42,062 nt of DNA, from positions 1 through 42,062 of IMG/VR virus record IMGVR_UViG_3300034126_000011, one strand, 5' to 3'. The notes beneath the pieces were generated by a model. That model did no database searches. It was not told the DNA's origin and saw nothing but the letters and a program-made list of their open reading frames with translations. The position numbers were made by a program, and so were the translations under genes. The first letter of the stretch is position 1; each line of letters opens with the position of its first letter. Below are positions 6,906-16,990 of this stretch, one piece after another. This DNA comes from a virus. Its lineage: Duplodnaviria; Caudoviricetes.

Positions 6906-9900
6906 TTATTCCGTCAAGGTGTTGACGATTGGTGTCAAGAACGGCAGGTTTCCGCCCGGAAGCATGCGGATCGCCTCCCTTGCATCACGCTGAGTCAGAG
7001 CTTTAGCACCTGACTCAATGTAACCAAGGGCAGGGATATTGCCAAGGACAGAACCGCTATTGCCCCGGACACCAGTAGCTTCCAAGCCAGTAAGGCTAGC
7101 ACCAGCGTCGAGCACGTCACCAGCAAGACCGCTAAGGGACGTATAGTTGAGGACCGCCCGTGCGAGCATTGCGGGGCTGAGTTGCTTTTCAAGATATTCT
7201 TCACTGTCTTCCCTTGCTACAGAGTTAATCGCTACTCGGCTCAGGTGAATCGGCAGTGCGAAGGCCATCTGGCCCATCAAAATCCCGAAGGCTTTCGCAG
7301 TCCCTACGTCTGTCCGTTGACGAGTCCATTGTTTCTCCATCGACACCAGCGAAAAGCTGCGGAACTGTACCAGCATCCGCATCAGATCGTTGTGTGCCCA
7401 CTTCCCTGTTTCACCGATGTATGTGCCCTGAATGATCTGCTTGCCACCGCGATGCACAGCCTGCACAAACTCGGCTGCTGCGGCATGATCGGTGGTCTTG
7501 GTCAGATCCAGAGCGGTGAGGCGCCCCGCTTCGTCGAACTTGGCGATGTTTGGCAGGTCTGCCTTCAACCGTGCGGCCAGCTCAGCGCTCAAACCCATGG
7601 AGGTCAGAGCAGCATTCTCCTCGCCTTGGTTGATGTAGCGGAACGCCTTGTGCACGATCTGCTCACTGATGCCACGCACCTGTGCAGCGTGCATGAAGTG
7701 CCAGCCAGAGAGCCATGGCAGGGCGTTGCTGCCTGCTCGCACCATGCGGTCGAATGCCCCGAGGGAGTCTCGACCGTATACACGCACGTCGTTTGGCTCC
7801 TGATACGGGAACACCACCTTGTGATCCTGCCCGAGAGGGCCACCCACTTGCTCGATGGACTTCAGAAGCTCGCTCGGCTTGCCCTTTGCAACGTCGGCGA
7901 TGAGGCCCGGCAACTGGGTGACGTGCTTGAGTGCGCCGGTAACGCCAAGGAGGCTCACGCTGTTCGCAATCTCTGCGAACTGAGTGAACGCCATGCCGCC
8001 CAGACGGCTGGATGCCGTGAGCATGCGGAGGTTTCCGAGGTGCTTGTTGCCGGTGCCGTCCAGTGGGCGACCGAAGAACTCGGCTGCCACCTGATCGAAC
8101 GCTGCCATGTCATCCATACTTGCCCGTTTGCCGTCTGGCCCGAACTCCAGCGCCTTGCGCAGCACCTTCATGCCTTGGTCGCCGTGCACACCGTACTGCG
8201 TCAGTGCGATATCGCCAGATACCCGGCGAGCGTACTGCATGTACAGGCTGGCCTGATCGGTTTCGAAGGCATTCATCATCGGGAAGGTACGACCATCCGG
8301 CAGAGTGACGTGCTCGCTCAGGTCCAGCTCAAGGCGCTTCTTGGTGTGGCTTGCGCCGCCACGGCTAAAGCGGCCCATTGCCTTCTCGATATCCGACTCT
8401 CCGACAGCCATAGACCGCAGTACGTCACGGAGTACGCTTGCAGCCTCCGGTGATGCAAGGTTTGCGGGTACACTGGTGCCGCCGTAGGCCGAGGTGCGAG
8501 CACGCTCGACGTAACGGGCAGCAATGGCGCGGGCAAACTGTGCATCATCCCAGCCAGCCTGTAGCTGCTCGGCCAGTTTATCCGATAGGGCTTTGATTTC
8601 GGCATTGGTTGCTCCTGCAATCCAGCTAGGGCTCAGTGCGCGGTGAGCATAGCCAATAGAAGAATCGCCAAGACGCTGCGCGCCAATAGTGTCCACGGTC
8701 TGCTGATCTCGTCGCATCCGATCATAGCCCTCATCCAGATGATCACCAGCAGTACGTACATGCGGATCGCTATCAGTACGAACACCAAGCCGGCGATTCT
8801 CACGATCACTGGCAACCAGTCTATCGAAGTTCGTCCGATGGTCGCTACCAATGACATCACGATAAGCACTACCACCGTTAGCCTTGCGCCATTGACGATA
8901 AGCCTCTTCATACCCTACCAGATCCTCCATGTAGACGCGCTCACGCATAGTCTTTGTGATTGCCGCTGTCCGGCGCCGTCCAGTTGCTCCGGTCGTAGAC
9001 TCTAGCAGGATACCGGCGATCATCCGGGCTACCGGGTTCTCGCTGCGCGCCAGTGTCAGGCCGCTGGATGCCAGCCAAGGCACACGGCCAAGGATGGAAT
9101 TCAGGCGTTCTGGGTCTGCTGGGTTGGCTGCTGCCCAGCCCTCGGCTCGCGCTGCCAGTTCACCCAGCATCTTGCGTTCGGTGCCGTCTTCCACGGTGTT
9201 CATATTGATGCCCCAGCGGTCCGATACAGCTACACGCTCAGCGGCAGGGCGCATCACCTCGTCCAGCGCGGGAACAGTACCGTCCTCCCGCACCGACAGG
9301 TCGAATGCAGGGAAGAATCGATCCTGCTCTGGGACTTCGGAGAACGCAATGCGGCTGACTTGGTCTGCCTGCTCACGAACTACGTTGTCTGCCTCGATAC
9401 GGATCTCCTCGGGAGTGGCATCCGGGCCCAGACGACCTTGCGCCTGTGCATACACGTCCATGTTCATCTCTTGGGCGCGTGCCGTCAGGTCTTCCCCTGC
9501 CTCTCTAGGGGTACGTGGGCCGATGAACTCCGGCGCCATATGGTCCCCAGTGGGTACGCGGTCAATCTTGCCAAGCAATGCAGCCTGTCCGAAGACCATG
9601 CCGAACGCTGCGGAGGTCACATAGTCGCTGTAGGTCACGTGACCGCCTGCGGCATCCAGTGCAGCGTCCGTCAGGACGTTACCGGTGGCGCCCTCGGCTG
9701 CCCCGTACAGAACTGCACGGCCAACCTGACCCTGCGCCAGTGCCACACGGGCACCTACACCGGCCAACTGCGCCACCTTGCCCACACCGAGCCCTGCGGC
9801 CCACCCAACTGGGTCCAGCAGACCGCCCGACAGGGATGCCGCGATGGCGATGCCGGTGCCGTGAGCACCGATGGTGTCCATACGCTGGCGTTTGGCGTCC

Positions 9901-10775
9901 AGTTCCTGCATACGCTGGCTCAGGTCTGCTGCGGATACCGACTCCCGCAGGAATTGGCGATCCTCCTCGGGGCGACCGAACTCAACCTTGTCCCGCCCAG
10001 CCATATAGTCGAAGGATGGGTCTGCTTTCACGTCAGGACGGTCAAGCATACGCAGCAAGTTGGGCAGTGCGGTCATCTCGCTGAAGCCTGCACCGATCTG
10101 CTCTGCAAAGCTAGTGACATCGGCCTTGGAGGACTTAAGCTCTTGGCCTGCCTGTGCCTTTGCCATGCCTGCGGCCACGTCAACGATCTGCGCATCGCCC
10201 GGCAAGGTGGCTTTGAGCATGTTTATAGCCATCTCGCCCGGACGAACCGGGGATTCCTCCGGAGTGGCGAATGCACCCTTGCCCTCGGCGGCGCGCTGAC
10301 GTGCATGCGCCACTGCCTTGTCCACGATCTCCTTTGTAGGCTCCCCACCGGACAGCAGGTGAGTCTTCTCCTCCGCTGTCAGGGTAGGAATCAGCGTAGG
10401 GATCTCTGTCTCGCCCTGCCCGAAGTCCACCCCGATTGACAGCTCAGTAGACACACTGCCATCTGGACGGGCCAACTCGCCGAGGAATCCCGAGCCTTTG
10501 GTGGTGCCATCTACTCGCTTTCCGTAGTCCGGCGCCTGCATTGTGGATGCTACAGCCTGACGTACTGCGGTTGCCTGTGCTACTGCCGCCTTATCGTCTG
10601 TGCCTGTAAGCTTTGCGGCAAAGAAGGTGGCGGTCTGTGCGTTCTCTACGGCCTGATTCTCCAGTGGAGTAGGCTTCAGCGCATCGTTGTGGGCGGCTTG
10701 CACACGGCGAGCACCCTTCTCTTGTTCCACTGCTGCCTTAAAGTCAGCAGGTGCTGTGTTCATGATGTCTACCAT
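6906..10775 (-). CDS. Internal virion (ejection) protein D, T7 gp16-like, 1289 aa
   Basis: Size and position before tail fibre; start re-called at 10775 (CAGGAG RBS); Gly/Ala-rich hydrophobic patch; QFRSF motif near C-terminus. Confidence 0.88.
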   Translation of the reverse strand: MVDIMNTAPADFKAAVEQEKGARRVQAAHNDALKPTPLENQAVENAQTATFFAAKLTGTDDKAAVAQATAVRQAVASTMQAPDYGKRVDGTTKGSGFLGELARPDGSVSTELSIGVDFGQGETEIPTLIPTLTAEEKTHLLSGGEPTKEIVDKAVAHARQRAAEGKGAFATPEESPVRPGEMAINMLKATLPGDAQIVDVAAGMAKAQAGQELKSSKADVTSFAEQIGAGFSEMTALPNLLRMLDRPDVKADPSFDYMAGRDKVEFGRPEEDRQFLRESVSAADLSQRMQELDAKRQRMDTIGAHGTGIAIAASLSGGLLDPVGWAAGLGVGKVAQLAGVGARVALAQGQVGRAVLYGAAEGATGNVLTDAALDAAGGHVTYSDYVTSAAFGMVFGQAALLGKIDRVPTGDHMAPEFIGPRTPREAGEDLTARAQEMNMDVYAQAQGRLGPDATPEEIRIEADNVVREQADQVSRIAFSEVPEQDRFFPAFDLSVREDGTVPALDEVMRPAAERVAVSDRWGINMNTVEDGTERKMLGELAARAEGWAAANPADPERLNSILGRVPWLASSGLTLARSENPVARMIAGILLESTTGATGRRRTAAITKTMRERVYMEDLVGYEEAYRQWRKANGGSAYRDVIGSDHRTNFDRLVASDRENRRLGVRTDSDPHVRTAGDHLDEGYDRMRRDQQTVDTIGAQRLGDSSIGYAHRALSPSWIAGATNAEIKALSDKLAEQLQAGWDDAQFARAIAARYVERARTSAYGGTSVPANLASPEAASVLRDVLRSMAVGESDIEKAMGRFSRGGASHTKKRLELDLSEHVTLPDGRTFPMMNAFETDQASLYMQYARRVSGDIALTQYGVHGDQGMKVLRKALEFGPDGKRASMDDMAAFDQVAAEFFGRPLDGTGNKHLGNLRMLTASSRLGGMAFTQFAEIANSVSLLGVTGALKHVTQLPGLIADVAKGKPSELLKSIEQVGGPLGQDHKVVFPYQEPNDVRVYGRDSLGAFDRMVRAGSNALPWLSGWHFMHAAQVRGISEQIVHKAFRYINQGEENAALTSMGLSAELAARLKADLPNIAKFDEAGRLTALDLTKTTDHAAAAEFVQAVHRGGKQIIQGTYIGETGKWAHNDLMRMLVQFRSFSLVSMEKQWTRQRTDVGTAKAFGILMGQMAFALPIHLSRVAINSVAREDSEEYLEKQLSPAMLARAVLNYTSLSGLAGDVLDAGASLTGLEATGVRGNSGSVLGNIPALGYIESGAKALTQRDAREAIRMLPGGNLPFLTPIVNTLTE

Positions 10776-10799
10776 TTCGTTCTCCTGCTGAGTAAGTTT

Positions 10800-10829
10800 G
10801 GCATAGCGCACCCGCAGATGCGCTATACC
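10800..10829 (-). other. Intergenic 13-bp RNA hairpin between ejection protein genes
   Basis: GGUAUAGCGCAUC-UGCG-GGUGCGCUAUGCC with two G-U pairs on the sense strand; no U-tract. Confidence 0.6.
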
Positions 10830-10833
10830 CAAG

Positions 10834-13098
10834 TTACTTGAAGCCTTTGCTCTGCTCGTAGTATTGACGTACCTCTTTAGAGGACATCGGGAAGTTGGTC
10901 ATTTTGCCGGTGGTGTCCGTGATGGTTACACCGAACATCGCCTGCCCATCTTGGTCCGGGAGACGCATTACCATGATATCCGGCTGAGCGCCGAACGTCC
11001 TGTTGCCCCACCGCTTGATCGCCGGGAGTGCGCCCGCTGTAATCAGGTCCGCTGTGCCCTGCAATGCAGCAGTAGGCGACGGCGACCCCGGCAGTTCCTC
11101 AAGGATACCGTTCTCACGTGCCCGCTTGGCGATCAACTGGCTGAACATATCGCCGGCCACCTTCTCGTCGGAACCGATGAGCTGGTACAGGGGCTGCCGA
11201 TCAGCTCCCTTGTGGATAACGTAAGGCCCAGCTACGTCGTACTCCGCCTTGGTGGCTGCATACGCCACCGGCATGGCCGCATCATCCGACATACCGATGC
11301 CCGCAAGCTTGTCGTAGTTCGCACTGACTGCGCCCAGCAGGGTCCGCTTGCTCTGCTCAGTCAACGGGATGTCGCCGAACAGGTTGCGGTCAATGACGCC
11401 GGGATCCTTCTTGTTTACGAACTTCTCAAGCTTCTCGGCTACATCCTTGTCGGTCGATTTGCGGCTAGTATCTAGCGGCTGTGCAAACGATAGGGTATAG
11501 GCCAGCTCTTTCGTCATGCCCGGAGACTGCGACAGTGCATCGTACTTCATCATCTTGATGCCGTCATCGCCGAGGTACGCAATCGCTGCTGCCTTGCCGC
11601 CCGGTTGCTGGCTGATCTGCTTGAACAGGCCATAGGAGGTGTCGAACGCCTTCCCGCTGTGCCCCTCCATAACAGCAGCACGCATGCCGGCCTGCATCTG
11701 GTTCTTGTACAGCGGGTTCACGTGAGCCGCGCCCTCGTTGTACTGCCGCACGAGGTACTCACCGACGTTGCCGCCCTTCTGTGCAATGATCTGTGCACCT
11801 ACGTACACTGCGTTATTGACCTCATCGTCTGTATAACCAGCCATCTTGGCGTTGTTGCCAACACCCATCTGGATAAGCTCCACCAACTGCTGCCCCTTAC
11901 GCAGCTCTGTCTGTGCCTTGGCTTGCTCGGTAGCTGCCTGCCGCTGATCCTGCCGGCCCTCCTTGATAATGTCCCGGCGATCCTGCTCGGCGCGGTTGTA
12001 GATAGCACTCACGTTGCCGCTGATGATCGACTGCAACTCCTCCCGCTTGAACAGTGGGCGGTTGATGCCGTACTTCATGGTGTAGTCGGCGTTGATCTTG
12101 TCTACTTCCGACTGGATCTGGTTGCCAGACAGTTGGCCCGCTGCGGCCATGCCCTTGAGGATGCCGATGCGAGGACCGTACTCAGTAAAGCCCGCCTCTT
12201 CTTGGGTGCGGGCCTCGTAGGTATGCCGAGCATCCAGCATCTTCTTGCGCATCTCGGTCGGCGCGCTGCTGAACAGGCCCGAGTCGAAGATAGCGTTAGC
12301 CGCGTGGTGGTTGCTGGTTGCCAGAGCGTCGATGGTAGCAGCTTCGATGCCGCCCCAGTACGACTCCGCCGACTGCCCTTCCATGGGCATCAGGTTGGTG
12401 ACGTAATCGGCCTTCATCGCATCGTAGTCCTTCTGCGTGATGGTGCCGTCCAGCAACTGCGCCGACAGGGCCTTGAGTTTAGCGCCACCGGATTGCATGT
12501 AGCCTACGGTGTTGGCCTGCATCGTGCTCTGTGTGTACTTGTAGTTCGCCTTGGTGTGTGCCTTGAACAGCGCACCAGTGGACTCAACCATCTTCATCTG
12601 GATCGCAGCATCTGCCACACTGTCGCCTGTCAGGAACTCGCCCATCTTGTCCGTGATCTTAGATCCGAACTCCTTGGAGCTGAGCTTCTGTAGCTCCGGC
12701 ATGTCGTTTGCTACCGATGTGATGTAGTCGTCCACGCCCTTCATCTGCGCAACTGTTCGTGCACCCTGCACCGAGGACGATGGGCCGAAGATCTGGGTGA
12801 ACCACGGCTGCTCATCGACGATGTCCTTGAGGGCCTCGCCTTGGGCAACACGCTGTGCACCCTTAAGGAAGTTCTCGGTCTGCACCTTCTTGATCTGCGG
12901 CTCAAGGATCTTACTCCCGAGCTGCATGAGCAAGTCGCTGGTGCTGGTGTCTACTTCAACACGCTGCTGCTGTTGCCCAGAGAATACTTGTCCGCCGACC
13001 ATCCCGGTTTGACCGAGTTGCCGACCGACGTTCTTCTGCGAGACTAAGCCGCCAGCCTCCAGTGCATAGGAGCCGGCCTGCAAATTGGTCTGTGCCAT
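10834..13098 (-). CDS. Internal virion (ejection) protein C, T7 gp15-like, 754 aa
   Basis: Position and size; helical composition; QPWFTQIFG motif; no C-terminal lysozyme domain recognised. Confidence 0.82.
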   Translation of the reverse strand: MAQTNLQAGSYALEAGGLVSQKNVGRQLGQTGMVGGQVFSGQQQQRVEVDTSTSDLLMQLGSKILEPQIKKVQTENFLKGAQRVAQGEALKDIVDEQPWFTQIFGPSSSVQGARTVAQMKGVDDYITSVANDMPELQKLSSKEFGSKITDKMGEFLTGDSVADAAIQMKMVESTGALFKAHTKANYKYTQSTMQANTVGYMQSGGAKLKALSAQLLDGTITQKDYDAMKADYVTNLMPMEGQSAESYWGGIEAATIDALATSNHHAANAIFDSGLFSSAPTEMRKKMLDARHTYEARTQEEAGFTEYGPRIGILKGMAAAGQLSGNQIQSEVDKINADYTMKYGINRPLFKREELQSIISGNVSAIYNRAEQDRRDIIKEGRQDQRQAATEQAKAQTELRKGQQLVELIQMGVGNNAKMAGYTDDEVNNAVYVGAQIIAQKGGNVGEYLVRQYNEGAAHVNPLYKNQMQAGMRAAVMEGHSGKAFDTSYGLFKQISQQPGGKAAAIAYLGDDGIKMMKYDALSQSPGMTKELAYTLSFAQPLDTSRKSTDKDVAEKLEKFVNKKDPGVIDRNLFGDIPLTEQSKRTLLGAVSANYDKLAGIGMSDDAAMPVAYAATKAEYDVAGPYVIHKGADRQPLYQLIGSDEKVAGDMFSQLIAKRARENGILEELPGSPSPTAALQGTADLITAGALPAIKRWGNRTFGAQPDIMVMRLPDQDGQAMFGVTITDTTGKMTNFPMSSKEVRQYYEQSKGFK

Positions 13099-13107
13099 GG
13101 TTTACCT

Positions 13108-13839
13108 CTAGTCAATGGAAGTGGAAACAGTGCGGCCTGCCTGAGCACCGAACGAATTAGGGTCAGACTTAGCACCACCGAGCCAGCCCGGCAGCTTAGT
13201 CTTCAGATTATCGAATCCGCCCATGCTATTGTACGCCTGAGCAAACTGCATCCCTGCACCGATCCCGATCTGCGCCCAGCTAGGCTCCTTGACGTATGGT
13301 GTCTGAGCCTGCATGTAGTTCAGTGAGTCGTTGTACTGGATGTCATCCAGACCGAGGACTGTTGCCTCCCACGTCTGGTCGATATTCCGCTGAGCATCGT
13401 ATAGCTGGGTATCCACTGTACGGTCCCGTAGCTCCTGTGCTCTCTGCGCCCTGATGCGATTGCTGGCGTCGATGGCGTCAATGGATCCGCCGCCGATACC
13501 AGCACCGCCCGTGGCAGCCGCAAGTGCGCCGCTGATCTCAGCCACCGCGATGCGCTGGTCGAAACTGCCGCGCACTGCCTCGTCGCTTAGCCGCAGCATA
13601 TTGACTCGCTGCGACTCTACGTTCTCGGCACCTGCGATAAGCTTGTACTTGTTGTTGTTGGCTTGCTGGTAGCGAGCCAGATCACCCTTGGCCTTACCGA
13701 GAATGTTACTCGCGGCGGTCAGGGTGTTCTGCACCTTGGTGTTGGACTTAAAGGTCAGCTTGTCCACCTTGGCCTGACCCTTAATCTGTTTGCCTTCCTC
13801 CAGCTTCTGTGCTGCCATTACGGCTAACATCCAGAACAT
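13108..13839 (-). CDS. Internal virion (ejection) protein B, T7 gp14-like
   Basis: MFWMLAVMA start, AAATGGAGIGGGS motif, position after tail tube B. Confidence 0.82.
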   Translation of the reverse strand: MFWMLAVMAAQKLEEGKQIKGQAKVDKLTFKSNTKVQNTLTAASNILGKAKGDLARYQQANNNKYKLIAGAENVESQRVNMLRLSDEAVRGSFDQRIAVAEISGALAAATGGAGIGGGSIDAIDASNRIRAQRAQELRDRTVDTQLYDAQRNIDQTWEATVLGLDDIQYNDSLNYMQAQTPYVKEPSWAQIGIGAGMQFAQAYNSMGGFDNLKTKLPGWLGGAKSDPNSFGAQAGRTVSTSID

Positions 13840-13842
13840 GAT

Positions 13843-16350
13843 TTATTTTCTCCGTGATGTGAATGCCTGCCCCGCCCACTCCACGCTTGCCACCGTTAAC
13901 GGTAACCAGCTACGGGAGCTGATCCGGGCCCGGTACGTCTTGTTCTCCTTCATGATTGGTGCAGTTACGGAATACTCCTCCGCTACCTCCTGAGTGTTGA
14001 GCACCCAGATGCCAGCAGTCCTATAGGTCCAAGACTTCGCAGTGTCCCACGTCTTGCCCCGGTCAGTCGAGATCTCGGCAAGCATCGCCGCGCTGTTCGC
14101 CATGGAGATAGTCAGCTTGGACACCGTCAGGCGTGCATCCAAAATGATCTTGTCCTTGTCGTCCCGGATGTACGGGCTTGTCAGGGTGAACTGCGACGGG
14201 TACAGTGTGCCGGTCTGTAGGTACGGGATGTCATCCGGGAACCGCTCGAACAGCTCAAAGGCATGGTTGTAGTCGATGCCGATCAGATAGTTCTCGCTGC
14301 GATTGTCGTACGCCAAGAAGGTGTCCGGCGAGTACGCATGGTTTCCGACAGAAGCCGGGATCATGCTGTCCAGATACGGCAAGTCACTTGGGCCAGTCTC
14401 CCGACTGAAGCGATCAAGGACCAGCGCCGTACCGGTGGTGACGTTGCGGATCGTGATGGCAAGGATGCCACTGTCGTCAGAGGTCAGTGCCAGCAGCTCG
14501 CCGAGGTGAGGAGAGAACGACCACTTGGACCAGCTATCGAAAGCCAGCCCGGTGTCGCCGCCCTCAAGGTAGCTGTAGGAGTAGAACCCGTACGGCTGAT
14601 CCGCAGTCCGCAGGTAGACGGCACCGGGCGCAGTCATCGCAATGACCTGCCGTGGGGTGCCTGTCAGGTAGCCGTCCAGTTGGCTGGAGGAGTCTGTCGC
14701 CTCCAGTCGATCCGCCACCGCTCCCGGAACCATGCGTTGCAGGGTGAGCCGGTTTTCGCGGTTCTGGCAGAAGAACATGAGGCTACCGGCAACTTGTGGC
14801 TGCACGAGGTTCGCACCTTCGTAGGTAGCTACCACGCCAACGAACGGGTTGTTCGGAGTCATGGCTTGGCTTCCCGGCACCAGATACTGGTAGCGCTGGC
14901 CGCATAGGATCACGTTCTTGTCGTACTGCACGCCACCTGTGATGATGTCGTCCTCTGTCCCTTGAGCGAAGACTTCGATAGGGTCATCGTTCGCAACCGT
15001 GAGCACCGACTTCCTGAAGAAGTTGAAGTAGTCACCGGTCTTGGACAGGAACACTGTCGAGCCCGCAACGATCATCAGGCGGTCTTGGAACATCCGCATA
15101 TAGGTGATGGTCCGACCGAAGAACTCCGGCAGAGGGTTACTCTCCAGATCGCCCGAGGATGCAGACTCGATAGGCGGCACCGTGATCCCGGCCAGAGTGG
15201 CGAGGGCCGCTGGCGTTTCGCCGATGTAGAGCTTGTCGTCCTTGAAGACGCCGATGCAGAACACGTAGGCCATGTTTACCGTAGTGCCCGCAGTCTCTCG
15301 CCAGATTACCTCCCCGAAGTCTCCGGCGCCGGTCACCAGTTCTGCCTTGAGGTAGTACGCCAGCGCGTTACCCGTCTTCGGCACAACTCGAATCACCTTG
15401 CCTTGATAGTGGCGGGAAGTCACCAGCTCAGCAGCCGTCACGTCCTTGGAGCAGGCCCGGATCAGTTCACCGTTACCGCCGTCGTCCGCTGTGATGACCT
15501 TGCCGGCGATTGCGATAGCGATGGTGCTGTCCTGTACACCGGTGCTGGTCGGGTATGCCACTTCGATCAGTGCTGCCAGCTTCTGCGCGATGTTCTGTGG
15601 AGTGATATCCAGAGCCACTGCGCTGATGTGCAGGTTCACTGCCGTGTTGTAGGCGTTCACCCTGTCGTTGACCAGCTTACCGTAGACCGGGTTAGGGACC
15701 GCGTTGGTTGGCGGGTCGTTGTATGGTGGGATGTCCGAGGTATCCAACACGCCCCCGTAATAGGCAGACATGGTGGTGTACTCAAACCGCTGCTCGACGT
15801 GAGTCGTGGTGTCAGTAACCGTGATGCTAAAGGTCCGGCTATTCGCCCCGCCCCGCACCCAGACGGCATGCAGGTCTTTGGTCCCGGCCATACCGTCAGC
15901 GACGTCTGCGGCCACTACTGTCTTGTTGCTGGCCAGTAGGACGAAGTTGCCAGCGGCTGTGACGGTAGACACGCCGTTGCCGAGAATGCCCTTCGCGTTG
16001 TCTGTATAGAAGGTGCGAGTGAAGTTCTGCGCGCCCTTGTCAATGCAGATAACCGGGTCAAGCTGGCTGCCGGGCACGTCGTTTGGCCGGGTGACGATAC
16101 CATACTCGCGGTTCCCCACGAAGATCGTCTGCTCCTGCCGGGATCGGGCGTCTAGCTTGTCCGCCGCTGTGATGGCGGTACTCAGGGGAAGTACGTTCTT
16201 CTGCACCGAGCCGTGCCGGCGAGACAGTCCGCGCACTGGGTCAGAGATCATGTTGTCCTGTTCCCAGTGCTGACCACTCAGCCGGTCGTGCGGCACCTGC
16301 TCGCTGACTCCACGAATCACGTTATCGTAGCTGTCGCTGGTTCGTGTCAT
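13843..16350 (-). CDS. Tail tubular protein B (nozzle)
   Basis: GVSEQ...N..SDPVRGL.RR.G N-terminus, FQDRL, SWSKW motifs of the T7 gp12 family. Confidence 0.93.
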   Translation of the reverse strand: MTRTSDSYDNVIRGVSEQVPHDRLSGQHWEQDNMISDPVRGLSRRHGSVQKNVLPLSTAITAADKLDARSRQEQTIFVGNREYGIVTRPNDVPGSQLDPVICIDKGAQNFTRTFYTDNAKGILGNGVSTVTAAGNFVLLASNKTVVAADVADGMAGTKDLHAVWVRGGANSRTFSITVTDTTTHVEQRFEYTTMSAYYGGVLDTSDIPPYNDPPTNAVPNPVYGKLVNDRVNAYNTAVNLHISAVALDITPQNIAQKLAALIEVAYPTSTGVQDSTIAIAIAGKVITADDGGNGELIRACSKDVTAAELVTSRHYQGKVIRVVPKTGNALAYYLKAELVTGAGDFGEVIWRETAGTTVNMAYVFCIGVFKDDKLYIGETPAALATLAGITVPPIESASSGDLESNPLPEFFGRTITYMRMFQDRLMIVAGSTVFLSKTGDYFNFFRKSVLTVANDDPIEVFAQGTEDDIITGGVQYDKNVILCGQRYQYLVPGSQAMTPNNPFVGVVATYEGANLVQPQVAGSLMFFCQNRENRLTLQRMVPGAVADRLEATDSSSQLDGYLTGTPRQVIAMTAPGAVYLRTADQPYGFYSYSYLEGGDTGLAFDSWSKWSFSPHLGELLALTSDDSGILAITIRNVTTGTALVLDRFSRETGPSDLPYLDSMIPASVGNHAYSPDTFLAYDNRSENYLIGIDYNHAFELFERFPDDIPYLQTGTLYPSQFTLTSPYIRDDKDKIILDARLTVSKLTISMANSAAMLAEISTDRGKTWDTAKSWTYRTAGIWVLNTQEVAEEYSVTAPIMKENKTYRARISSRSWLPLTVASVEWAGQAFTSRRK

Positions 16351-16934
16351 CGTGGAGTCCTCATCAGCCCTCGGGATGGGCCGGCCATGTTGGACTGCTG
16401 AATGCCGACAGTGCTGAAGTTAGCACCTACTGCACGGATGTGCTGGGACTTGGCCAACTGCCGAGCCAGCATGTACTCCGTTTCTGCTTCCTTGATCTTG
16501 GTCGCATCACCGTCATACGACTGCTGGAACAAGACCACTGCCGATGCCTTGATCAGCCGCTTGCCGTGAAACGGTACGTCCTCAAAGGCCAGTAGCCGGA
16601 GCACGTTCACCTTCACTGGTGCGGTCCCGGTATAACGTACGCCGCCGTCCGTGTTGTACAGCCGACCACTGCGCACTGTGAGCCAGCCGGGATTGGTGTC
16701 GATGTCCAGATCAATGATGTCAGAGGGCACAATGTACTCCCCGTTAACATCCGGGATGATCTCTACGGACTCCTTGTTAAACCACCAGCCTTCCGACTGC
16801 TCGTTGATATTGGCATTCTCCAGAGCGAAGAGTGCCGAGTTGACAAAGGCGTTAGTCTCTGCCAACGAGTTGATGGGTTCCTCACCCATAGAGGCAAGGC
16901 ATGCGTTCACTACTGTCAACTTAGTGACGAGCAT
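16347..16934 (-). CDS. Tail tubular protein A (adaptor)
   Basis: KL.VVN.CL..MGE.P and EGWWFN motifs of the T7 gp11 family. Confidence 0.93.
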   Translation of the reverse strand: MLVTKLTVVNACLASMGEEPINSLAETNAFVNSALFALENANINEQSEGWWFNKESVEIIPDVNGEYIVPSDIIDLDIDTNPGWLTVRSGRLYNTDGGVRYTGTAPVKVNVLRLLAFEDVPFHGKRLIKASAVVLFQQSYDGDATKIKEAETEYMLARQLAKSQHIRAVGANFSTVGIQQSNMAGPSRGLMRTPR

Positions 16935-16952
16935 TCTATCTCCTCAGACCTG

Positions 16953-16985
16953 AAAATCCCCAAGAGCCGAAGCTCCTAGGGATTT
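16953..16985 (-). terminator. T-phi-like terminator after major capsid gene
   Basis: AAAUCCCUAGGAGC-UUCG-GCUCUUGGGGAUUUU: long stem, C(UUCG)G tetraloop, U-run, immediately after capsid stop. Confidence 0.85.
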
Positions 16986-16990
16986 GTGGA

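Noticed and set aside
7182-12693. Plus-strand ORFs of 423, 359 and 362 aa
   Set aside because: All are antisense to ejection-protein genes, with the His/Arg/Leu-rich composition typical of shadow frames
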